Assembly: GCF_009914755.1 (NCBI RefSeq)
Contig: NC_060945.1
Direction: 5' to 3' (one strand)
Source: the human T2T-CHM13v2.0 reference genome, Homo sapiens
Length of the DNA: 64,000 nt
A model generated the notes under the pieces. That model was not told the DNA's origin. It saw only the letters and a list, made by a program, of their open reading frames with translations, and ran no database searches. Within the stretch, counting starts at the first letter, position 1; each line of letters starts with the position of its first letter. Shown piece by piece: positions 18,531 through 29,516 of the stretch. The position numbers were made by a program, and so were the translations under genes.

Positions 18531-21500
18531 TTTTTTTTTTTTTTTTTAAGCGCAACGCAACATGTCTGCCTTATTTGAGTGGCTTCCTATATCATTATAA
18601 TTGTGTTATAGATGAAGAAACGGTATTAAACACTGTGCTAATGATAGTGAAAGTGAAGACAAAAGAAAGGCTATCTATTTTGTGGTTAGAATAAAGTTGC
18701 TCAGTATTTAGAGCTACCTAAATACGTCAGCATTTACACTCTTCCTAGTAAAAGCTGGCCAATCTGAATAATCCTCCTTTAAACAAACACAATTTTTGAT
18801 AGGGTTAAGATTTTTTTAAGAATGCGACTCCTGCAAAATAGCTGAACAGACGATACACATTTAAAAAAATAACAACACAAGGATCAACCAGACTTGGGAA
18901 AAAATCGAAAACCACACAAGTCTTATGAAGAACTGAGTTCTTAAAATAGGACGGAGAACGTAGCTATCGGAAGAGAAGGCAGTATTGGCAAGTTGATTGT
19001 TACGTTGGTCAGCAGTAGCTGGCACTATCTTTTTGGCCATCTTTCGGGCAATGTAACTACTACAGCAAAATGAGATATGATCCATTAAACAACATATTCG
19101 CAAATCAAAAAGTGTTTCAGTAATATAATGCTTCAGATTTAGAAGCAAATCAAATGATAGAACTCCACTGCTGTAATAAGTCACCCCAAAGATCACCGTA
19201 TCTGACAAAATAACTACCACAGGGTTATGACTTCAGAATCATACTTTCTCTTGATATTTACTTATGTATGTATTTATTTTTTTTAATTTATTTCTCTTGA
19301 GACGGCGTCTCGCTCTGTCGCCCAGGCTGGAGTGCGATGGTGTGATCTCGGCTCACTGCAACCGCCACCTCCCTGGGTTCAAGCGATTCTCCTGCCTCAG
19401 CCTCCCGAGTAGCTGGGACTACAGGTGCCCGCCACCACGCCCAGCTAATCTTTATACTTTTAATAGAGACGGGGTTTCACCGTGTCGGCCCGGATGGTCT
19501 CGATCTCTTGACCTCGTGACCCGCCCGCCTCGGCCTCCCAAAGTGCTGGGATGACAGGCGTGAGCCACTGAGCCCGGCCTTCTCTTGACGTTTAAACTAT
19601 GAAGTCAGTCCAGAGAAACGCAATAAATGTCAACGGTGAGGATGGTGTTGAGGCAGAAGTAGGACCACACTTTTTCCTATCTTATTCAGTTGATAACAAT
19701 ATGACCTAGGTAGTAATTTCCTATGTGCCTACTTATACACGAGTACAAAAGAGTAAAACAGAGAGACTGCTAAATTAAAGGGTACGTGAAGTTCTTCATA
19801 GTAACTCCGTAAACTGGAACACTGTCAAAAAGCAGCAGCTAGTGAATTGTTTCCATGTATTTTTCTATGATCCAATAAGTGAACTATGCTATTCCTTTCC
19901 AGTCTCCCAAGCACTTCTTGTCCCCATCACCACTTCGGTGCTCGAAGAAAAAGTAACAAATCAAGGAACACAACTAAAGAAACACACACACAAACCAAAG
20001 ACAACTACAGCGTCTGCAAAAGTTTGCTAGAAGACTGAAACTGTTGAGTATAAGGATCTGGTATTCTACGATCATGAGTTCACTTCAGAGTTTGTTCAAG
20101 ACATACGTTTCGTAAGGAAACATCTTAGTTAGAAGTTATTCAGCAGTAGGTACCATCCCTAAGTATTTTTCACCAAATTCGTGACAATAAAGAGCTATCT
20201 AACCAGAAAAATTAGCGAGTACCGGCACCATCCATAGGGCTTTGTCTTTACGCTTCATTAGCACTTACCATGCCTTACAATGTCTAGGATTGACCCTGAT
20301 AGCATTTCGAAAACAAGCTAATGCTTTGTCCAGTTCTTCAGTGAAGACAAGCTCACGCCCTAATGCGCTATAGGCATAAGCATCATTTGGATCCACTTCG
20401 AGAGTTCTCTGGAAGAATTGAATCGCAATATCGTGTTCCCGTTGCAGACCGAAACAGTTCCCTGCAGCACACCAGGCCTCTGGCTGGCGAATTTTTATCC
20501 ATGTCTGTGAAGTCTTTGGACAGAACTGAAAGAGCAACCTCTTTCGGAGGATGCCAAAGTGTTGTAGAGTAGATCTCCATGCCTTCGACTCTGTAATTCT
20601 CAATCCTCCTAACCTCTGAGAATTGTCTTTCAGCTTGCGTGGACTCTGAAAGTTTACAATAGGCCCTTCCGATTTGGCACAGTACCCAACCGGTATTGCA
20701 GTGGTGAGAAGCTAGATGGCTCAAGATGCTGATAGCTTCTTTGCCGTGGTAAGAACACAAAGCTAAATAACCTTTCCCCCTTTCACGAAGAAGGCTCATC
20801 AAGCCTTCCGCTGCTGCTTTTTGTAGATTAAAAGCCTGAATCTGAGGCGCGATTGCGGCTATTTTCCCTTCTGAAATGACGGAAGAGTCCAATTTTGTCA
20901 CTTCCAGGCTATCACTTATGTTCGGTGGAGTTATTGCTCCTTTATTAGTTTTACTTTTGGTTCTTCTGTTTGGGATTTTAGGTGGAAACTTCATTTTTAA
21001 TTTTCTCCTATTCTCCTCGGTTGTGGAGCTGTCACTAGTCAAGAGTCGTGAATGTCTTCGAGGCGGTGCATTTGGGGGAGATGCCATAGTGGGGCTCAAT
21101 ACCTGAGGTGTTGCCCTTGTCGGCGGACCAGAACTTTGTGTTTTTGCAAGGACTGGAGTTACCTTTCGGCTCTTTCCCCTCTGCGAGAAGACAGACGGTG
21201 TTCCGGTTTGGCCGATTCTGGCAACAGGCTTTTTTGAAGGGGCTCCGGTGGATGGCACGTCAATGACAGACGGTGTCTCATACCAGTGCAGTTTTGTCAA
21301 TAGGGTCCGTCTCCGGGACTTGGGGTTTCTAATGGCAAAATGCCAACACTTGGGGTTAATGGACTAACAGCTGCTGGTCCTCCTAATAAACTTCGACCAG
21401 TTTTTGGTTTATGTTGAACCTGTTTAGATCATATGGAAGTTCCTGTTCCCAGTGGGACAGTATCAGGTGAAAGGACAGCTGAATCGATAGAAGACACTGG

Positions 21501-22326
21501 GGAGTCTGTATTCAAGGAGTACTTTGAATTGGAAGATTCTAAATTCCATCCGTTTCATTCGACGGTGTCCTGGGGTGTTTCCGTAAGAACGGTCTCGGGC
21601 TGTCTGTGACATAAACTAGGACGAGGTCCAAGTGTTGTGGCGCAACACTTGGACAGGCAGTTGCTAAAGCTCTCTAGAGAGGTGAATCAAAATGTTTGGT
21701 CAGGATCTGGCTTTTCCCCCCTATTTCACATCATGATTCAAAGGGACACCAGAGGAAAGGATTTCAACGAAGGCTCTTTTGGTCACATTCTGATCCTTTG
21801 GTAAGCCGATCTGTCTTGCAATATACATGTCCCGACGATGGAAGGGGAAAGCGAGCTGAATCACCAAACTCAGGAACGATAATATCATCGTGGCTTTTCT
21901 GCTTATGAAACACTCCACCCGATAAGATTTGATCCCCTTCTGCAAGCTTGCTGAGATCAACACAACATTTCGCAAGCAGGCATTTGCATTGCGGGGTAGT
22001 ACAACTGTGTCCTTTCAAGAGTCTATATGTTTTATAGGCCTTTCCTGAGCGGTAAGAACAGGTCGCCAGTAAGAACAAGGCTTCTTCTGAGTGTACTTCT
22101 GCATAAAGGCGTTCTGCGGGGGAAACCGCATCTCGGTAGGCATAGTGGTTTAGTGCTTGCCATATAGCAGCCTGGACGGGTCCCTGCAGCACCGCCATCC
22201 TCGAGGCTCAGGCCCACTTTCTGCAGTGCCACAGGCACCCCCCCCCCCCATAGCGGCTCCGGCCCGGCCAGCCCCGGCTCATTTAAAGGCACCAGCCGCC
22301 GTTACCGGGGGATGGGGGAGTCCGAG
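18531..22326 (-). pseudogene. CDC27P: CDC27 retro-pseudogene: 5'UTR, spliced CDS 22198->20269, apparent retained intron, poly(A)
   Basis: ORF 21764..22198 (MAVLQGPVQAAIWQALNHYAYRDAV...) matches the CDC27 N-terminus. ORFs 20383..21300 and 20265..20603 continue the CDC27 linker and TPR sequence with frameshifts and stops. No introns in the CDS part; poly-T at 18531-18547; candidate TSDs at 18518-18533 and 22327-22342. Confidence 0.93.
19297..19579 (-). mobile_element. Full-length Alu inside the CDC27 retrocopy 3' region, with TSDs
   Basis: gagacggcgtctcgctctgtcgcccagg...gtgagccactgagcccggcc, flanked by TTCTCTTGATATTTA (19246-19260) and TTCTCTTGACGTTTA (19580-19594). Confidence 0.9.
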
Positions 22327-22851
22327 ACAGAATGACTTCTTTATCCTGCTGACTCTGGAAAGCCCGGCGCCTTGTGATCCATTGCAAACCGAGAGTCACC
22401 TCGTGTTTAGAACACGGATCCACTCCCAAGTTCAGTGGGGGGATGTGAGGGGTGTGGCAGGTAGGACGAAGGACTCTCTTCCTTCTGATTCGGTCTGCAC
22501 AGTGGGGCCTAGGGCTGGAGCTCTCTCCGTGCGGACCGCTGACTCCCTCTACCTTGGGTTCCCTCGGCCCCACCCTGGAACGCCGGGCCTTGGCAGATTC
22601 TGGCCCTTCCTGGCCCTTCAGTCGCTGTCAGAAACCCCATCTCATGCTCGGATGCCCCGAGTGACTGTGGCTCGCACCTCTCCGGAAACATTGGAAATCT
22701 CTCCTCTACGCGCGGCCACCTGAAACCACAGGAGCTCGGGACACACGTGCTTTCGGGAGAGAATGCTGAGAGTCTCTTGCCGACTCTCTCTTGACTTGAG
22801 TTCTTCGTGGGTGCGTGGTTAAGACGTAGTGAGACCAGATGTATTAACTCA

Positions 22852-23010
22852 GGCCGGGTGCTGGTGGCTCACGCCTGTAACCCCAACACTTTGGGAGGCC
22901 GAGGCCGTAGGATCCCTCGAGGAATCGCCTAACCCTGGGGAGGTTGAGGTTGCAGTGAGTGAGCCATAGTTGTGTCACTGTGCTCCAGTCTGGGCGAAAG
23001 ACAGAATGAG
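22852..23010 (+). mobile_element. Internally deleted Alu
   Basis: ggccgggtgctggtggctcacgcctgtaaccccaacactttgggaggccgagg...gaggttgcagtgag. Confidence 0.8.
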
Positions 23011-23116
23011 GCCCTGCCACAGGCAGGCAGGCAGGCAGGCAGGCAGAAAGACAACAGCTGTATTATGTTCTTCTCAGGGTAGGAAGCAAAAATAACAGAA
23101 TACAGCACTTAATTAA

Positions 23117-23417
<301 letters not shown>

Positions 23418-23461
23418 TACGTTTATTTATTTATTTTTTTAATTATTTTACTTTTTTTTAG

Positions 23462-23814
<353 letters not shown>

Positions 23815-23895
23815 TATTTATCTATTTATTAACTTTGAGTCCAGGTTATGAAACCAGTTAGTTTTTGTAATTTTTTTTTTTTTTTTTTTTTTTTT

Positions 23896-23999
23896 GAGAC
23901 GAGGTTTCACCGTGTTGCCAAGGCTTGGACCGAGGGATCCACCGGCCCTCGGCCTCCCAAAAGTGCGGGGATGACAGGCGCGAGCCTACCGCGCCCGGA
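23896..23999 (-). mobile_element. Alu left-arm fragment
   Basis: gagacgaggtttcaccgtgttgcca...cctcggcctcccaaaagtgcggggatgacaggcg. Confidence 0.75.
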
Positions 24000-24541
24000 C
24001 CCCCCCTTTCCCCTTCCCCCGCTTGTCTTCCCGACAGACAGTTTCACGGCAGAGCGTTTGGCTGGCGTGCTTAAACTCATTCTAAATAGAAATTTGGGAC
24101 GTCAGCTTCTGGCCTCACGGACTCTGAGCCGAGGAGTCCCCTGGTCTGTCTATCACAGGACCGTACACGTAAGGAGGAGAAAAATCGTAACGTTCAAAGT
24201 CAGTCATTTTGTGATACAGAAATACACGGATTCACCCAAAACACAGAAAGCAGTCTTTTAGAAATGGCCTTAGCCCTGGTGTCCGTGCCAGTGATTCTTT
24301 TCGGTTTGGACCTTGACTGAGAGGATTCCCAGTCGGTCTCTCGTCTCTGGACGGAAGTTCCAGATGATCCGATGGGTGGGGGACTTAGGCTGCGTCCCCC
24401 CAGGAGCCCTGGTCGATTAGTTGTGGGGATCGCCTTGGAGGGCGCGGTGACCCACTGTGCTGTGGGAGCCTCCATCCTTCCCCCCACCCCCTCCCCAGGG
24501 GATCCCAATTCATTCCGGGCTGACACGCTCACTGGCAGGCG

Positions 24542-24697
24542 TCGGGCATCACCTAGCGGTCACTGTTACTCTGAAAACGGAGGCCTCACAGAGGAAGGGA
24601 GCACCAGGCCGCCTGCGCACAGCCTGGGGCAACTGTGTCTTCTCCACCGCCCCCGCCCCCACCTCCAAGTTCCTCCCTCCCTTGTTGCCTAGGAAAT
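24542..24697. promoter_or_regulatory. Putative CTCF plus RFX X-box-like module (copy B), ~4.9 kb upstream of the TSS
   Basis: TCGGGCATCACCTAGCGGTCACTGTTA (26/27 identical to 14440-14466), AGCCTGGGGCAAC at 24621 and GTTGCCTAGGAAAT at 24684. Confidence 0.5.
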
Positions 24698-24813
24698 CGC
24701 CACTTTGACGACCGGGTCTGATTGACCTTTGATCAGGCAAAAACGAACAAACAGATAAATAAATAAAATAACACAAAAGTAACTAACTAAATAAAATAAG
24801 TCAATACAACCCA

Positions 24814-24941
24814 TTACAATACAATAAGATACGATACGATAGGATGCGATAGGATACGATAGGATACAATACAATACGATACGATACAATACAATACAAT
24901 ACAATACAATACAATACAATACAATACAATACAATACAATA
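24814..24941. repeat. Pentanucleotide repeat (ATACA/ATACG/ATAGG)n
   Basis: Seen directly. Confidence 0.92.
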
Positions 24942-24942
24942 C

Positions 24943-25230
<288 letters not shown>

Positions 25231-25310
25231 AATACATAAATAAATACATACATACATACATACATACATACATAAATTAAAATAAATAAATAAAATAAAA
25301 TAAATAAATG

Positions 25311-25775
<465 letters not shown>

Positions 25776-26047
25776 TTAACTTCATTTTATGTTATTATCA
25801 TGATTGATGTTTCGAGACGGAGTCTCGGAGGCCCGCCCTCCCTGGTTGCCCAGACAACCCCGGGAGACAGACCCTGGCTGGGCCCGATTGTTCTTCTCCT
25901 TGGTCAGGGGTTTCCTTGTCTTTCTTCGTGTCTTTAACCCGCGTGGACTCTTCCGCTCGGGTTTGACAGATGGCAGCTCCACTTTAGGCCTTGTTGTTGT
26001 TGGGGACTTTCCTGATTCTCCCCAGATGTAGTGAAAGCAGGTAGATT

Positions 26048-26077
26048 TGCCTTGCCTGGACTTGCCTGGCCTTGCCT
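26048..26077 (+). promoter_or_regulatory. RGC p53-response element
   Basis: TGCCTTGCCT GGACTTGCCT GGCCTTGCCT. The middle decamer fits RRRCWWGYYY; recognised from memory as the ribosomal gene cluster p53 site. Confidence 0.85.
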
Positions 26078-26110
26078 TTTCTTTCTTTCTTTCTTTATTA
26101 CTTTCTCTTT

Positions 26111-26182
26111 TTCTTCTTCTTCTTCTTCTTCTTCTTCTTCTTCTTCTTCTTCTTCTTCTTCTTCTTCTTCTTCTTCTTCTTC
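26111..26182. repeat. (TTC)24 / (GAA)24 in an Alu tail
   Basis: Counted directly; abuts the antisense Alu at 26191. Confidence 0.93.
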
Positions 26183-26190
26183 TTTTTTTT

Positions 26191-26471
26191 GAGACAGAGT
26201 TTCACTCTTGTTGCCCAGGCTAGAGGGCAATGGTGCGATCTCGGCTCACCGCACCCTCCGCCTCCCAGGTTCAAGCGATTCTCCTGCCTCAGCCTCCTGA
26301 TTAGCTGGGATTACAGGCATGGGCCACCGTGCCTGGCTGATGTTTGTACTTTTAGTAGAGACGGTGTTTTTCCATGTTGGTCAGGCTGGTCTCCCACTCC
26401 CAACCTCAGGTGGTCCGCCTGCCTTAGCCTCCCAAAGTGCTGGGATGACAGGCGTGAGCCACCGCGCCCAG

Positions 26472-26473
<2 letters not shown>
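26191..26473 (-). mobile_element. Full-length Alu (S-like)
   Basis: gagacagagtttcactcttgttgcccaggct...gtgagccaccgcgcccagcc. Confidence 0.92.
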
Positions 26474-26510
<37 letters not shown>

Positions 26511-26512
<2 letters not shown>

Positions 26513-27159
26513 CGCTTGCTTGCTTGCTTTCGTGCTTTCTTGCTTTCCCGTTTTCTTGCTTTCTTTCTTTCTTTCGTTTCTTTCATGCTTGCTTTCTTGC
26601 TTGCTTGCTTGCTTTCGTGCTTTCTTGCTTTCCTGTTTTCTTTTTCTTTCTTTCTTTCTTTCTTTCTTTTGTTTCTTTCTTGCTTGCTTTCTTGCTTGCT
26701 TGCTTGCTTTCGTGCTTTCTTGCTTTCCTGTTTTCTTTCTTTCTTTCTTTCTTTTGTTTCTTTCTTGCTTGCTTTCTTGCTTGCTTGCTTTCGTGCTTTC
26801 TTGTTTTCTCGATTTCTTTCTTTCTTTTGTTTCTTTCCTGCTTGCTTTCTTGCTTGATTGCTTTCGTGCTTTCTTGCTTTCTTGTTTTCTTTCTTTCTTT
26901 TGTTTCTTTCTTTCTTGCTTCCTTGTTTTCTTGCTTTCTTGCTTGCTTGCTTTCGTGCTTTCTTGTTTTCTTGCTTTCTTTCTTTTGTTTCTTTCTTGCT
27001 TGCTTTCTTGCTTCCTTGTTTTCTTGCTTTCTTGCTTGCTTGCTTTCGTGCTTTCTTTCTTGCTTTCTTTTCTTTCTTTCTTTTCTTTTTCTTTCTTTCT
27101 TGCTTTCTTTTCTTTCATTCATTCATTCTTTCTTTCTTTCCTTTCTTTCTTTCTTTCTT

Positions 27160-27201
<42 letters not shown>
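26511..27201. repeat. TTGC/TTTC compound repeat with a ~73-95 bp higher-order period
   Basis: The CGTG of TTTCGTGCTTTC falls at 26531, 26616, 26711, 26792, 26865, 26954 and 27047. Confidence 0.85.
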
Positions 27202-27202
<1 letters not shown>

Positions 27203-27215
27203 GTTTCGTCCTTTT

Positions 27216-27504
<289 letters not shown>

Positions 27505-28591
27505 CTGTTGACTCATTTCGCTTTTTTATTTCTTTCGTTTCCACGCGTTTACTTATATGTATTAATGTAAACGTTTCTGTACGCTTATATGCAAACAACG
27601 ACAACGTGTATCTCTGCATTGAATACTCTTGCGTATGGTAAATACGTATCGGTTGTATGGAAATAGACTTCTGTATGATAGATGTAGGTGTTTGTGTTAT
27701 ACAAATAAATACACATCGCTCTATAAAGAAGGGATCGTCGATAAAGACGTTTATTTTACGTATGAAAAGCGTCGTATTTATGTGTGTAAATGAACGAGCG
27801 TACGTAGTTATCTCTGTTTTCTTTCTTCCTCTCCTTCGTGTTTTTCTTCCTTCCTTTCTTTCTTTCTCTCCTTCTTTAGGTTTTTCTTCCTCTCTTCCTT
27901 TCCTTCTTTCTCTCTTTCTGTCCTTTTTTCCTTCGTGCTTTATTTCTCTTTCGTTCCCTGTGTTTCCTTCTTTTTTCTTTCCTCTCTGTTTCTTTTTCCC
28001 TTCTTTCCTTCGTTTCTTTCCTCATTCTTTCTCTCTTTTTCGTGTTTCTTTCCTTCCCGTCTGTCTTTTAAAAAATGGAGTGTTTCAGAAGTTTACTTTG
28101 TGTATCTACGTTTTCTAAATTGTCTCTCTTTTCTCCATTTTCTTCCTCCCTCCCTCCCTCCCTCCCTCCCTGCTCCCTTCCCTCCCTCCTTCCCTTTCGC
28201 CATCTGTCTCTTTTCCCCACTCCCCTCCCCCCGTCTGTCTCTGCGTGGATTCCGGAAGAGCCTACGCATTCTGCCTCTCCGTGTGTCTGCAGCGACCCGC
28301 GACCGAGTCCTTGTGTGTTCTTTCTCCCTCCCTCCCTCCCTCCCTCCCTCCCTCCCTCCCTCCCTCCCTGCTTCCGAGAGGCATCTCCAAACACCCACGC
28401 GCCGTGGGTTGTCTTCTGACTCTGTCACGGTCGAGGCAGAGACGCGTTTTGGGCACCGTTTGTGTGGGGTTGGGGCAGAGGGGCTGCGTTTTCGGCCTCG
28501 GGAAGAGCTTCTCGACTCACGGTTTCGCTTTCGCGGTCCACGGGCCGCCCTGCCAGCCGGATCTGTCTCGCTGACGTCCGCGGCGGTTGTC

Positions 28592-28610
28592 GGGCTCCAT
28601 CTGGCGGCCG
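28592..28610 (-). promoter_or_regulatory. CTCF site upstream of the spacer-promoter region (~-900)
   Basis: Minus strand CGGCCGCCAGATGGAGCCC fits the CTCF core. The position agrees with the known CTCF boundary upstream of the human rDNA promoter. Confidence 0.7.
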
Positions 28611-28804
28611 CTTTGAGATCGTGCTCTCGGCTTCCGGAGCTGCGGTGGCAGCTGCCGAGGGAGGGGACCGTCCCCGCTGTGAGCTAGGCAGAGCTCCGGA
28701 AAGCCCGCGGTCGTCAGCCCGGCTGGCCCGGTGGCGCCAGAGCTGTGGCGCGTCGCTTGTGAGTCACAGCTCTGGCGTGCAGGTTTATGTGGGGGAGAGG
28801 CTGT

Positions 28805-28896
28805 CGCTGCGCTTCTGGGCCCGAGGCGGGCGTGGGGCTGCCCGGGCCGGTCGACCAGCGCGCCGTAGCTCCCGAGGCCCGAGCCGCGACCCGCGG
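28805..28896 (+). ncRNA. MIR6724: MIR6724-like annotated hairpin (doubtful as a true miRNA)
   Basis: CTGGGCCCGAGGCGGGCGTGGGG at 28815-28837, one mismatch to the miR-6724-5p sequence as recalled. Confidence 0.55.
28848..28858 (+). terminator. Sal-box-like TTF1 site (spacer terminator Tsp)
   Basis: CGGTCGACCAG versus consensus GGGTCGACCAG, at ~-650. Confidence 0.7.
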
Positions 28897-29320
28897 GGAC
28901 CCGCCGCGCGTGGCGCGGGAGGCTGGGGACGCCCTTCCCGGCCCGGTCGCGGGTCCGCGCTCATCCTGGCCGTCTGAGGCGGCGGCCGAATTCGTTTCCG
29001 AGTCCCCGTGGGGAGCCGGGGACCGTCCCGCCCCCGTCCCCCGGGTGCCGGGGAGCGGTCCCCGGGCCGGGCCGCGGTCCCTCTGCCGCGATCCTTTCTG
29101 GCGAGTCCCCGTGCGGAGTCGGAGAGCGCTCCCTGAGCGCGCGTGCGGCCCGAGAGGTCGCGCCTGGCCGGCCTTCGGTCCCTCGTGTGTCCCGGTCGTA
29201 GGAGGGGCCGGCCGAAAATGCTTCCGGCTCCCGCTCTGGAGACACGGGCCGGCCCCCTGCGTGTGGCACGGGCGGCCGGGAGGGCGTCCCCGGCCCGGCG
29301 CTGCTCCCGCGTGTGTCCTG

Positions 29321-29331
29321 GGGTTGACCAG
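29321..29331 (+). terminator. Promoter-proximal T0 TTF1 site
   Basis: GGGTTGACCAG at -176 from the TSS. Confidence 0.7.
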
Positions 29332-29340
29332 AGGGCCCCG

Positions 29341-29516
29341 GGCGCTCCGTGTGTGGCTGCGATGGTGGCGTTTTTGGGGACAGGTGTCCGTGTCGCGCGT
29401 CGCCTGGGCCGGCGGCGTGGTCGGTGACGCGACCTCCCGGCCCCGGGGGAGGTATATCTTTCGCTCCGAGTCGGCATTTTGGGCCGCCGGGTTATTGCTG
29501 ACACGCTGTCCTCTGG
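29341..29516 (+). promoter_or_regulatory. RNA Pol I promoter (UCE ~-156..-107; core ~-45..+20)
   Basis: ggaggtatatctttcgctccgagtcggcattttgggccgccgggttatt|GCTGACACGCTG. Confidence 0.92.

Noticed and set aside
20383-21300. 305-aa ORF as a functional CDC27 CDS
   Set aside because: It is an internal fragment of a retrocopy with upstream stops and frameshifts, and its C-terminus shifts out of the CDC27 frame.
28770-28840. Exact spacer-promoter start site
   Set aside because: The position between the CTCF site and Tsp is plausible, but similarity to the core promoter is too weak to fix coordinates.
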